A DNA stretch of 64,000 nt from a bacterium (GTDB lineage: Bacteria; Zhuqueibacterota; Zhuqueibacteria; Residuimicrobiales; Krinioviventaceae), in the NCBI GenBank assembly GCA_963693055.1, contig OY843751.1:5344001-5408000 (forward strand), in the 5' to 3' direction. Both the position numbers and the translations under genes were made by a program. A model generated the notes under the pieces. That model saw only the letters and a program-made list of their open reading frames with translations, had not been told where the DNA came from and searched no databases. Numbering within the stretch: position 1 is the stretch's first letter; every line of letters starts with the position of its first letter. This document shows, in pieces, positions 1 to 10,069 of this stretch.

Positions 1-883
1 TATTGCCACCCTCACGCATGTTAATAGCAAGCGCCAATGCGGGCGTTCCACTGGAACGTACAATCGACTGGGGCGGATCAATATAACCCCGGTAAATATT
101 CACAATATCACCTAGCTGTAACAATCCGTTTTGCCCGGGTATATTGATCAAAGTTTTTTTCAAATCATCAACCGACTCAAAATTACCAGAGGGTTCAAGA
201 ACTATTTTTTCCTGCTCTGTTTTTACATCTCCACCAGACATGATAATATTTTGACTCTGAATAATACCAATCATCTGAGACGCGGATAAACCCAGCTCGG
301 CCAGTCGTGCATTGTTAAATTCAACAAATATTTGCTCTTCCTGAGCACCATGAATTCCAACTTTGGCAACATCTTTTAAAAGCAAAAGTTCATTTCTCAC
401 ATCATCTGCAATTTCTTTCAATTCCGCATAGGTATAGCCTTCACCGGTAAGCGTTACAATGGTGCCGTAAACATCTCCAAAATCATCATTCACTCGGGGG
501 CCTATTATGCCAGCGGGTAATTCACCACGACTTTTGGTCCTTTCCACTTTGCGTCGCAGATTATCCCAAATGGGTCGCATCTCTGTATAATTTTCCTTGA
601 TTGCAACCGTAATTAACGAAATTCCAGTTCTCGACTGGCTGCTGATAAAATCAATTTCCGGGATCTCTTGAATTGCTTTTTCAAGCTTGTCCGTTACCAG
701 CATCTCCACGCGTTCAGGACTCGCACCGGGAAAATCAGTCGATACCATTGCCCAGCGAATAACAAACCCCGGATCTTCGGCCCGCGGCATATGATTAAAC
801 GTTGAGATCCCTGCCAGCAAAACAACAACAAGAAGTATTGCGGTTATACGGTTTTTTTCTATTGCAGCGCGGGTTATATTCAT
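1..883 (-). CDS. RND efflux permease (AcrB/AcrD/AcrF family), N-terminal part; runs off the left edge of the window
   Basis: Not in the ORF track. ATG at 883 after a GAGGAG SD; translates MNITRAAIEKNRITAILLVVVLLAGISTFNHMPRAEDPGF...FPGASPERVEMLVTDKLEKAIQEI, a typical RND N-terminus; lies downstream of the MFP gene. Confidence 0.92.
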   Translation of the reverse strand, partial: MNITRAAIEKNRITAILLVVVLLAGISTFNHMPRAEDPGFVIRWAMVSTDFPGASPERVEMLVTDKLEKAIQEIPEIDFISSQSRTGISLITVAIKENYTEMRPIWDNLRRKVERTKSRGELPAGIIGPRVNDDFGDVYGTIVTLTGEGYTYAELKEIADDVRNELLLLKDVAKVGIHGAQEEQIFVEFNNARLAELGLSASQMIGIIQSQNIIMSGGDVKTEQEKIVLEPSGNFESVDDLKKTLINIPGQNGLLQLGDIVNIYRGYIDPPQSIVRSSGTPALALAINMREGGN

Positions 884-907
884 AAAATCAATCTCCTCAT
901 TCTGCCA

Positions 908-1993
908 TTACATTCTTACTTTTAAACCGTCATGAATTCGGCTGACACCCGCTATTACGAGATTTTCACCATCACCCAATCCTTCATATACTTCAATACC
1001 TTCATCTGTCAGATCACCAACGGTTACATTACGGCGCTTCACAGTCCCAAAGCCATCTTTACCAGCAATAGGTTCTACAATATAAACAAAGCGACCAAAA
1101 CGGTCTTCTACCACTGCATGAGTAGGTACAATACAGACATCTTTATCACTCGTCGCATGAAACATGATCTCAACAGTTGCAGCCATTCCTGAACGAACGT
1201 CATTGTCTGTTTTACTCAATCGAACAGTCACCGGAAATGTCGCGCCCGCATCTACTGCTGAAACACCCACTTCGGTAATACTGGCCTCATAATTTTTTCC
1301 AGGTATCGCATCAAAAGAGACCTTGACAGGATCGCCTTCTTTGATTTTAGAAATCAATACCTCGGGTACTGACAGTTTTACTTCAATATCAGAACCCGAA
1401 CTCAACATAACAATGGGATAACCAGCCTGCACATTTTCGTTCACTTCAGAATTTACAGATGCAATTGCACCGCTTACGGGTGCTGTCAAGCGGGTATAGC
1501 TCAACTGCAATCGGGCAAGCTCCAGCTGTTTTTCTGCTGCTTTTACTCCGGCATTTGCAGATTCATTCGCGGCTCTTGCACCATCCAGATCACTGCGCGA
1601 GGCATTATTATTCTCGTACAGCGCCCGTACCCGTTCATAGCCGGCATTGGCGTTTCTTGCCTGTGCCTCTGCCTGCGCTACGGCCGCTTCTGCCTGCTGT
1701 ACCTGTAATTCATAATCACTGGGATCCAATTCAGATATCAATTCACCCCTGTTCACTGTGTCACCAACATTCACCGCAACACGTTTAACCGTTCCGGATA
1801 CTTTGAAACTGAGCAAAGATTCAACACCCGATTGCGCAACACCGGTAAATGATCTAACCCTGTCTCCACCGGATTTAAAAACCTGTGTATACCTTACCGG
1901 ACGAATCAGTTCCGCTTCCGGTTCCGGCTTTTCACAGCCATTTATAATCAATACTGTTAAAAGCAATCCTGTAAACATTTGTTTTACAGTCAT
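908..1993 (-). CDS. RND efflux periplasmic adaptor (membrane fusion protein), probable lipoprotein
   Basis: Lipobox-like INGC, lipoyl-like halves (FKVSGTVKRVAVNVGD; LTAPVSG) around a coiled-coil hairpin; start moved to ATG 1993 after GGAGGAG. Confidence 0.92.
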   Translation of the reverse strand: MTVKQMFTGLLLTVLIINGCEKPEPEAELIRPVRYTQVFKSGGDRVRSFTGVAQSGVESLLSFKVSGTVKRVAVNVGDTVNRGELISELDPSDYELQVQQAEAAVAQAEAQARNANAGYERVRALYENNNASRSDLDGARAANESANAGVKAAEKQLELARLQLSYTRLTAPVSGAIASVNSEVNENVQAGYPIVMLSSGSDIEVKLSVPEVLISKIKEGDPVKVSFDAIPGKNYEASITEVGVSAVDAGATFPVTVRLSKTDNDVRSGMAATVEIMFHATSDKDVCIVPTHAVVEDRFGRFVYIVEPIAGKDGFGTVKRRNVTVGDLTDEGIEVYEGLGDGENLVIAGVSRIHDGLKVRM

Positions 1994-2012
1994 TTCTCCT
2001 CCACACAATTTA

Positions 2013-4424
2013 TCAGTTAAAATAAAATCCATTTTTCATAAAATATTTATTGGCTTTTTTGATCAGTTCATCACGTTCCTTTGTATCCATAAGAAAATAA
2101 AAATTCCCAAAAGAACGTTCAGTCTCCATCAGCTTTATAAAAAAGTCATATACCGCAGTAGATGCAGCCTGGTCGGTTACCAGTGCAGCGTTTTGAGCAT
2201 CCAGCAATTCTACAATAGAAACCAGCCCCTGAGAATATGAATCCTGCACAACATTCAAAGATTTTCGGGCAGCTTCTGCCGCTAAACCAGCCTGTTTGAT
2301 AGAAGCATAAGACGCACCCAGTAAATGCAATGACGATCTTGTTCGCTGTTCAATTTTCTCCGCTGCTGCGTCACGTTGCAATCTGAGCTGATGCAGTTCT
2401 TCCCAGGTTTGTTTACGTTCAGCAAACCTTGCACCTCCGGAAAACAGCGGCAATGAAGCATTCAACGCCACACTCCATTGAGTATCCTGAGGCTCTGCAA
2501 GAGAAATGGAAAAATCTCTTCCCAATAATGCAGACAGATCTATAGATCCGTCCGTACCTTCTCCACTGCGATCAAACACATTGTCATATTCTGCCTGCAC
2601 AGCCACAGTCGGTAAAAAGAACTTGTTCATATTTGATTTTAACAGACGCTCATTTGCAGCTATTGCCGCATCCAGCATGGCAATTTCAGGAGAATTTAAA
2701 AGTGCTTCTTCTGCCATAAAACTCCTAAAAATCCGAAAAGCCTGCTTGTTTTCAATGTATTTCCCCAACTCTTCATGGGATGATACCAAAACCGGATCAT
2801 TAATATCTACTTCCAGAGTTCCGAACCCATCTTCAGCGGGTCGATGCAGTATCCGGTTCAGTTCAATCTCGGCAAGATTTCGCTGCGCGTTTGCCGAAAT
2901 TACCGCATTCCGGTTTGATGCAATCTGGCTTTCCCAGCGATAAACCTCTGCGGGGCCCGCGCTTCCTACCATTTCACGTACCCGCGCAAGTTCTAAATTC
3001 CGTCGGGTAAGCTTCAGGTTTTCCTGCTGTATCCGTTCATATGCTTTGGCCTGTAATACATTCAGATACGCGGTTGCCGAACCCTGTACAATATCCAGTT
3101 TAAATTGTTCATATTCCTTTTCACGGGACTTTTGTAAATCTTTTTGAATACTCAAATTGGCCCACGCAGGTTCAGAAAACAAAACCTGGGTAGCGGTAAC
3201 CGAACCGGTTATGGTCCGTTCTGCCTGTTGTCCCATACTATTTTTTGCCCGGTCTTTATCTATCTGCAATCCTGTTGCAGATACATCAATCTGCGGTAGT
3301 AAATTGGCACGTGCAAGGCTTATATTTTCTTTTCCCGCGGTTACATAACGTTCTTTTGCAAGCAGGTCTAAATTCACATCCAGCGCCTCTTGCACGGTTT
3401 TCAATAGGTTTAATACTCGTTCTTCTTTGTCTTCTTCAGTTTTGATAATCTGTGCTTCGGTCATAATCGCCCATGATGGATAAATATCTATGGCATTACC
3501 GGTAGTCATGTTGAATGTGAGCTGCTGATCAAAGGATATTGCAACAGGTATATTTTCCGGTTTATCTCCCAGGATAATCCGCTGCACATTTAACGCAATA
3601 CGACGAGACAACCGGATTACAATATCATCCTTATTCAAACCCACCAGACACCCCTGCCTTACCCTGACAGAGCCTTCATATGAAAATGACGGTAACCTGC
3701 GCTTTATTAATTCACTGGTCAATATTTCATATTCATTATCCGGTAATTGAGCAAGTGGCAGTACGTATACCGCTTGCGTGTATGGTGATAAAGCAGAAAT
3801 CTTTTTACCAACCGTTTTCCCAATACCAACAAACCTGGCTTCAATACCATGTTTTGTAAAAATATCTCTGGCATCTTCCAACTCTGCAGGATACATGTCA
3901 ATAAAACTCTGATTTATTAATATTGCAAGGTAATTGAAAGGAATTATTTCCTGAAAAATTTTGATATCTCTTTCAAAAGTAGAAGGGGCGTTGATATAAT
4001 TCAGATTTTTTACACCACTCGATCCGGTTTCAAAAGGGAGTTCCTGAAATCCGGAATCCATAATCAAAGGAGCAATAACAGGTTTGGGTAAAGGACCTAA
4101 ATGGCAAACATATTGAGAAGAGATAAATCCCAGTGCTATAATTATATCGACCGAATCGTCAGCAAATAGTGCATTCAGAGCTTTATCAATACTGTCCAGG
4201 TTCCATTCCGCCGTCAGTGTAGCGGTGGATGGATACCTGATTGCAAATTCTCCTCGTGTTAAATCACCTATTTCCTGCTTAATTCCGGAAAGCAAATCCA
4301 TCTGACCGCTCCAGGGCCCATCAAATACGATTCCGATGTTTACATCTCTGGCATAAACCGGACCCCACATAACAACAATGGAAGCACAAATCATTGTTAT
4401 GATCCGTAAACGGTGTAGAAACAT
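2013..4424 (-). CDS. TolC-family outer membrane efflux protein with an N-terminal ABC-substrate-binding-like domain
   Basis: C-terminal ~450 aa shows OEP repeats (ARANLLPQID; SYSQGLVSIVELLDAQ); N-terminal ~330 aa ends ILGDKPENIPV..LTFNMTT as in ABC_sub_bind; start ATG 4424 after GGAAGGAG. Confidence 0.85.
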   Translation of the reverse strand: MFLHRLRIITMICASIVVMWGPVYARDVNIGIVFDGPWSGQMDLLSGIKQEIGDLTRGEFAIRYPSTATLTAEWNLDSIDKALNALFADDSVDIIIALGFISSQYVCHLGPLPKPVIAPLIMDSGFQELPFETGSSGVKNLNYINAPSTFERDIKIFQEIIPFNYLAILINQSFIDMYPAELEDARDIFTKHGIEARFVGIGKTVGKKISALSPYTQAVYVLPLAQLPDNEYEILTSELIKRRLPSFSYEGSVRVRQGCLVGLNKDDIVIRLSRRIALNVQRIILGDKPENIPVAISFDQQLTFNMTTGNAIDIYPSWAIMTEAQIIKTEEDKEERVLNLLKTVQEALDVNLDLLAKERYVTAGKENISLARANLLPQIDVSATGLQIDKDRAKNSMGQQAERTITGSVTATQVLFSEPAWANLSIQKDLQKSREKEYEQFKLDIVQGSATAYLNVLQAKAYERIQQENLKLTRRNLELARVREMVGSAGPAEVYRWESQIASNRNAVISANAQRNLAEIELNRILHRPAEDGFGTLEVDINDPVLVSSHEELGKYIENKQAFRIFRSFMAEEALLNSPEIAMLDAAIAANERLLKSNMNKFFLPTVAVQAEYDNVFDRSGEGTDGSIDLSALLGRDFSISLAEPQDTQWSVALNASLPLFSGGARFAERKQTWEELHQLRLQRDAAAEKIEQRTRSSLHLLGASYASIKQAGLAAEAARKSLNVVQDSYSQGLVSIVELLDAQNAALVTDQAASTAVYDFFIKLMETERSFGNFYFLMDTKERDELIKKANKYFMKNGFYFN

Positions 4425-4611
4425 TTCAAGCTCCTTCCCTTTATTATAAATATCGAATGGAATGAAAAAAAGATATGTATGTTTTATAAACGGGTTCATT
4501 ATAAGGAATATTTCACCATAATTACATATTTTTACAATTAATCAGTTACAAACATACGTAGTGAACGCCCCTGTGTTACAAAAATTATCATTTTTAACAT
4601 ACAATTAATAT

Positions 4612-4632
4612 TAAATTGTTGGTAACAATTTA
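4612..4632. promoter_or_regulatory. Perfect 9-bp inverted repeat TAAATTGTT-GGT-AACAATTTA, candidate operator
   Basis: Seen directly in the divergent intergenic region between the efflux operon and cca; the region is AT-rich. Confidence 0.4.
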
Positions 4633-4716
4633 GGATTAATTTACATGGTAAAGCTGTTGGTTTTTTAATGGAATTTCATTAAATTTAAACCATTAATTTA
4701 CATTTACATAACAGGT

Positions 4717-6108
4717 ATGAATACAATAGAGCTGAAAAACCCAATATTTAAGACCATACAAAAAGTATCTCTGGAAACCGGAATTAAGGTATATGTTGTA
4801 GGCGGTTTTGTCAGAGATTATTTTCTGAATATAGAATCCAAAGATATCGATTTTGTAGTAGAAGGTGACGGACCCCGTTTTGCCGAGCAAATGGCAAAAG
4901 CGCTGAGAACAACCGATTTTACCATCTATAAAAAATTCGGCACCGCAATGGTTAGACATCATGATCTTATTCTTGAATTTGTAGGTGCCCGCAAAGAAAG
5001 CTATCGTGATGATTCACGCAAGCCTAACGTGGAAAGCACAGACCTGCTGACAGACTTGTCCCGCAGGGATTTTACTGTCAATGCAATTGCTGTCTCTTTA
5101 AACCCCGATTCATTTGGAACCGTCATCGATCCATACGATGGGCAAAAAGACATTCAAGACAAATGCATTCGAACACCGCTTGAACCCGCTAAAACCTTTT
5201 ATGACGACCCGCTACGTATTATGCGAGCAGTCCGGTTTGCCACACAACTGGATTTTGATATAGATCCGCATACCTTTAAAGGATTGAAAAACGAGCACGA
5301 ACGGTTAAAAATCATCTCCCAGGAACGTATAACAGACGAATTGCTCAAAATTATGGCCTGTTGTAAACCCTCAATTGGGTTTCATTTGATGGACAAAACC
5401 GGTATTCTCAATGTAATACTGCCCGAAATATCGGAATTAAAAGGTGTAGATCAAATCGGCAAGCACAGCCATAAAGACGTTTTTAATCATTCATTAAAAG
5501 TAATAGACAATCTGGCAGAAATTACAGATGACATGGGTCTTCGGCTGGTGGGATTGTTTCACGACATTGCAAAACCCGCAACAAAACATTATAAAGCCGG
5601 GATTGGCTGGACCTTTCACGGACATGACGATCTGGGCGCCAGAATGCTGCCCCCTATTTTCAGCCGGCTCAAGCTGTCTAATGATCTTTTAAAATATGTG
5701 GAAAAGCTGACACGGTTGCACCTGCGCCCCATTCAATTGGCAGAAGAAGGGGTTACCGATTCTGCTATCCGCAGATTGATCTTTGAAGCGGGTGAAGAGA
5801 CCGACGATCTCATTACTTTTTGCCGGGCGGATATAACCTCATCCAACCCCAAACGGGTGGCCAAATATCTGAAAAATTTTGATAAAGTTGTAGAACGTGT
5901 AGAAGAAGTTGAAGAAAAAGACAGGTTGCGTCAATTCCAGCCACCAGTCAAAGGTGATGAAATAATGACAACTTTGGGATTAACTCCAGGGCCTGCTGTT
6001 GGTAAGGTTAAAAAAGCAATTGAAGAAGCCATACTCAATGGCGATATACCCAACGAACACGATGCTGCATTTGAGTACATGATGAAAATCAAAAACAGCC
6101 TGCTTTGA
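4717..6108 (+). CDS. cca: CCA tRNA nucleotidyltransferase / poly(A) polymerase family with HD domain
   Basis: VVGGFVRD..DIDFVV, RRDFTVNAIA, DDPLRIMRAVRFA and the HD motif LFHDIAKP. Confidence 0.9.
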   Translation: MNTIELKNPIFKTIQKVSLETGIKVYVVGGFVRDYFLNIESKDIDFVVEGDGPRFAEQMAKALRTTDFTIYKKFGTAMVRHHDLILEFVGARKESYRDDSRKPNVESTDLLTDLSRRDFTVNAIAVSLNPDSFGTVIDPYDGQKDIQDKCIRTPLEPAKTFYDDPLRIMRAVRFATQLDFDIDPHTFKGLKNEHERLKIISQERITDELLKIMACCKPSIGFHLMDKTGILNVILPEISELKGVDQIGKHSHKDVFNHSLKVIDNLAEITDDMGLRLVGLFHDIAKPATKHYKAGIGWTFHGHDDLGARMLPPIFSRLKLSNDLLKYVEKLTRLHLRPIQLAEEGVTDSAIRRLIFEAGEETDDLITFCRADITSSNPKRVAKYLKNFDKVVERVEEVEEKDRLRQFQPPVKGDEIMTTLGLTPGPAVGKVKKAIEEAILNGDIPNEHDAAFEYMMKIKNSLL

Positions 6109-6450
6109 TCATTCCAGATATTTTTCAACCTGTTTTAAAATCTTTTTGGCCTCATCAGAATCAATCTGCTTGTCTTTTGCGCATTCTCTATAGATCATAA
6201 TAATGCCCTGGATCTTTTCGGGTTGAAAATCCCCTGATTGGACTTTGGCAATTGCTTTTTCAAAAACCAGGTGCACTTGTTCTTTATCAATGTCCGCTGG
6301 TAAATTGGGAGTAATTTGAGTTTCCACTTCTGTGAACATTTTATTCAATCCTTTGCTCACAATCTTGTCTTTATTGAAAGTAATTAATATAGCCATTGCT
6401 CCAATTACCACCAGAAAAACAATCAATACTGCTAAAATCACTCTTTTCAT
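6109..6450 (-). CDS. Hypothetical small membrane-anchored protein
   Basis: 113 aa ORF with N-terminal TM helix and a CAGGAG SD. Confidence 0.7.
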   Translation of the reverse strand: MKRVILAVLIVFLVVIGAMAILITFNKDKIVSKGLNKMFTEVETQITPNLPADIDKEQVHLVFEKAIAKVQSGDFQPEKIQGIIMIYRECAKDKQIDSDEAKKILKQVEKYLE

Positions 6451-6562
6451 TAAACACTCCTGTTAATTTTGTTCAATAATAACACACTAGAATTTTATAT
6501 ATTCACATTATTGAATAAAAAAACAATTCGCATCAAAAGACTCCAGACATTAATTAAAAACC

Positions 6563-7420
6563 TTAAAACACCGACACATTCACATATTTCCCAGGAGATT
6601 TACGCAAATCATTTATCAAAGAATCCAAACTGGCAATGGTACTATTGAGTTTCATGATCGTTTCTTTGTTATTCACCAGTTCACCGACGGAACCCTGGTT
6701 GTTATTGATCTTGTCTGCAATCTGTTTAATATCATCAACCATGGGCACAATATTTTTCAATGCGAGATTGGTTTTATTAATCGCAGATTTTAAACTGTCC
6801 TGGTTGCTGTTAACCAGATCATCAACTCGTTTGGCGGCCAGCCCTACCCGTTCTATCTGTTGGTTATAGCTATCCATATTCACTTTAGCGGACTGTGCAT
6901 CCACATTTGCAAGGGTGGAGTGCAGATAATCAAGAGTTTCAGATACTTTGGTCATTTTGGTATTCAACTCACTTTGCGCCAGATACCCTTGTACCTCTCC
7001 AACCATATCTTTAACCTGTACCATTAGATCTTTATTTTCACCGGTTGTGTTATCGCCCTGCTTATAATACTCTCCTGATTTTCCGGGTATAATAGTAATA
7101 GCTTTTTCACCCAGAATGGATACCGTGTTTAATTCAAATTTTGAATCAATGGGCACACTAAATTTCTTGTTAATATCTACTTTAACAACCACACCATCCT
7201 CTTCAAATTGAATGCCCTTAGTCCAGCCAATTCTGTATCCACGCATATAAACTTTGGCATGATCTTGCAATCCATTAATATCAGAAAATTTCACATATAC
7301 AACATAATCCCGGGTAAAAAAGATGCGCTTTTCTGCCAATGTAACAATAGACATTAACACAATAATAAAACTGGTAAAAATAACAATACCCGAGATAAAA
7401 CTCATTTTTTTATAATTCAT
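6563..7420 (-). CDS. mlaD: MCE/MlaD family lipid transport protein
   Basis: TM anchor, MCE motifs (FSDINGLQ..AKVYMRGYRIG; SILGEKAITIIPG), helical tail ending DLRKSPGKYVNVSVF; start at ATG 7420. Confidence 0.88.
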   Translation of the reverse strand: MNYKKMSFISGIVIFTSFIIVLMSIVTLAEKRIFFTRDYVVYVKFSDINGLQDHAKVYMRGYRIGWTKGIQFEEDGVVVKVDINKKFSVPIDSKFELNTVSILGEKAITIIPGKSGEYYKQGDNTTGENKDLMVQVKDMVGEVQGYLAQSELNTKMTKVSETLDYLHSTLANVDAQSAKVNMDSYNQQIERVGLAAKRVDDLVNSNQDSLKSAINKTNLALKNIVPMVDDIKQIADKINNNQGSVGELVNNKETIMKLNSTIASLDSLINDLRKSPGKYVNVSVF

Positions 7421-8138
7421 TTTCCACTCCATTATATACATTTTCCAAATCGTCGGGAGAAATTTGATCGATAGTACCGACAAATGTAAACTCGCCATGC
7501 TTGAGCAACGCCACCCGGTCAGCAACAGCACGGGTCAATTCAATATCGTGTGTAACAATTATAGATGTAGCATTAATTTCTGTTTTCAACATATTGATCA
7601 ATTCACTCACTTTTTCTGAATTGATCTTGTCAAGCCCGGTTGTGGGCTCGTCATAAAATATATATTTGGGTCGTATAATCATTGTTCGTGCAATAGCCAC
7701 ACGCTTACGCATTCCACCACTCAACTCATCGGGATACTTGTTCAAAATATCACGTCCCAGTCCAACAAAAGCAAGTGCGCCATCAATTCGATCACGCAAT
7801 TCTTTATACTTTATACGCATATGCATTGTCAAAAACAAACTCAGATTCTCTTGAACAGTTAAAAAATCAAACAATGCGCTGTTTTGAAAGACAAAACCTA
7901 TCTGCTTTCTAAATTCATTATAGCTTTTTTTGTTTAGTTGGGTAATATCCGTATCACCATAAACAATTTTACCACTATCCGGTTCAATCAATCGATTCAT
8001 TGCTTTGATCAATACGGTTTTACCCTGTCCACTCGAACCCAATATCACCATGGTCTCATTATCATAAATCTCTAGGTTAATATCCTTGAGAATATGCTTA
8101 CCATTAAAAGATTTTGCCAAACTTTCTAAATGTATCAT
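7410..8138 (-). CDS. mlaF: ABC transporter ATP-binding protein, MlaF/Mkl type
   Basis: Walker A GSSGQGKT, signature LSGGMRKRVAIAR, YDEPTTGLD; lies between mlaE and mlaD. Confidence 0.9.
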   Translation of the reverse strand: MIHLESLAKSFNGKHILKDINLEIYDNETMVILGSSGQGKTVLIKAMNRLIEPDSGKIVYGDTDITQLNKKSYNEFRKQIGFVFQNSALFDFLTVQENLSLFLTMHMRIKYKELRDRIDGALAFVGLGRDILNKYPDELSGGMRKRVAIARTMIIRPKYIFYDEPTTGLDKINSEKVSELINMLKTEINATSIIVTHDIELTRAVADRVALLKHGEFTFVGTIDQISPDDLENVYNGVENEL

Positions 8139-8932
8139 AAAAACAATTCCGCCATGTAATAATCAAAAATCACAATCAATATTGAAGAGATCACCACCGC
8201 ATTGGTAACAGACTTGCCAACACCCGTAGCACCACCTTTGGTATTTAAACCAAAATGACTACCAATGATTGAAACAATGAACCCAAATACCATGGGCTTG
8301 TAAACACTGCCATATAAAATCTCAAAAGGTTTAAATTTTAATTTTAAACCGCTCACAAACTCATTTACAGGTATCCAACTGGAGAGAACGCAAGAGCCCA
8401 AAAAAGAGCTTAAAATAGCAACAAAATTAGCAAACACAACAATTACAGGAAGCATCAACAATGCGGCAATTACACGCGGCAGCACCAGAAACGCAACCGG
8501 CTCAAAAGACAAAGTCTCCAGAGCGTCAATTTGCTCAGATATCTTCATACTTCCAATCTCTGCAGCAATGGAGGCACCTATTTTACCCGCAAGCACCAGT
8601 GAGAGAATAATTGGCGAAAGCTCTATAATTGTGCTTTTAAAGATCACATTAATGGTAAAGTACCTGGGCACCAATCCCGATGCCTGATACGAACCCTGCA
8701 CCGTTGAAGCCAAGCCTACAAAAACTGCTATTACACTTGCAATTGGCAGGGTTTTGATAGAAAAGTTGTAAATCTGTTCTATCAACTGCTTTCTATAAAA
8801 CCAAACTTTGGGTATGGCTTTAATAGTCTCAAAAATTAACTTGACGATCTGATCAACATTCTCAAAAAAATGAATGGTCTTTTCACCAAGTTTTACAAAA
8901 AAATTATCGTTACGTATTTCCAAATTAACCAC
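8135..8932 (-). CDS. mlaE: MlaE family ABC permease
   Basis: ELSPIILSLVLAGKIGASIAAEIGSMKISEQIDALETL; GGATGVGKSVTNAVV. Confidence 0.92.
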   Translation of the reverse strand: MVNLEIRNDNFFVKLGEKTIHFFENVDQIVKLIFETIKAIPKVWFYRKQLIEQIYNFSIKTLPIASVIAVFVGLASTVQGSYQASGLVPRYFTINVIFKSTIIELSPIILSLVLAGKIGASIAAEIGSMKISEQIDALETLSFEPVAFLVLPRVIAALLMLPVIVVFANFVAILSSFLGSCVLSSWIPVNEFVSGLKLKFKPFEILYGSVYKPMVFGFIVSIIGSHFGLNTKGGATGVGKSVTNAVVISSILIVIFDYYMAELFL

Positions 8933-9752
8933 CTAATCCAAAAGGGAGTATTCTTAAATTCAATCCAAATAAAACCTTATCTTGATGATTCACGCTCGTA
9001 AAAAGCCCGGGAGAAAATCCGCAAAAACGGAAAACACCCGGATATATATAAAGCCTGTACTTGTAATCCTACGATTTTGAATACAAAAATGAAGCCAAAA
9101 GCGAATTGTTTCTATCAAAAAACACACCCCATGAAAGAACAAGATTCGCTTTCAAGGTTCTTACATTACTGTTAAATTCAGATAATGATTTTGATGCGAG
9201 ACCGGTTCCAAACGAGATGCAATCTCCGTCTGGCTGAAAAAAGGATAAATCCAACTCGCCATGATTTCCATAATAATAAAACAGTCCCGCTTTATTCAAC
9301 AAGTGATATATAGAAAGCGTTGTAAACGCACAGATTTCGGAATATTTATAATTATTATACCGGAACCATTCACCCATCATGCGAAACGATACTCCCCCAC
9401 CCACAAGGTGCATGGTACAATTGGGCCAGTAATGCGCTTCCGAATTATCAAAACTGAATGGTAAAATCTCAGGTTCAAAGAAACGGTCCCAACCATGTTC
9501 TGCAATTGCTTTAATAGGGGATTTAAGATTGTCAGCCACGTTATTCCAGCTTTGCATAAAGTGGATGTCAAATGGGTAATTGGACCGGTTATCGTTCTGC
9601 ATAAAACCATAGCCGCCATTCAAGATCAACTGAACAGGTTGAATAATGCTCTCACTATCGTATTCCAGGCCATAGTAAAAACAATATTCACTTTCACTTG
9701 CAAAAAGCATTGTAGACAAAAACCAAAAAAGAAAAGATAATCTATATTTCAT
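8925..9752 (-). pseudogene. Secreted/outer-membrane hypothetical protein gene interrupted by an in-frame TAG at 9071-9069
   Basis: Signal-peptide ORF; the frame stays open for 47 codons after the TAG (DYKYRLYIYPGVF...LPFGLGG) to a TAA overlapping the mlaE start. Confidence 0.6.
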
Positions 9753-10069
9753 AAAAGCTCTAATCAATATACAAGGTCAGCATTACCAGCATCTCTAGTC
9801 AGGGATATATTTAAAAATCACATACGTGCTATACATTCAAGTATGTATGTATGTGAATAAAAAAAATTCTTCCTTTCTCTCACAGCATAAATTTATACGC
9901 AAAGAGACAAAATAGTTTCATTTTAAACAAACATTTAATCATTTTTCACTATTTTTTCATTCGTTCCAATTCACTCGGTCGAAAAGATAACAAATAATTT
10001 CATCTTTCCCAAATGATTTATTTTGATGCTTTTAATGGAAAACATATTACAAAAAAATTAATAGTAATA

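Noticed and set aside
4520-4600. TTACA/TTAACA repeats as another Pho box
   Set aside because: Spacing is irregular (about 9 to 14 bp or more) in very AT-rich DNA, unlike the strict 11-bp period at 59405
6100-6116. Abutting convergent stops of cca and the small hypothetical gene as antisense regulation
   Set aside because: Tail-to-tail packing recurs in this compact window (44866-44871, 38908-38917) and nothing else supports a regulatory role
9069-9071. Genome-wide amber recoding or pyrrolysine
   Set aside because: TAG ends lpdA, proB and the IS256 transposase at their expected C-termini, and no pyl genes are in the window
9818-9856. GTAT microsatellite and imperfect hairpin downstream of lpdA
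   Set aside because: Only about three repeat units, and pairing is poor on the transcribed minus strand; not enough to call a terminator or a phase-variable tract
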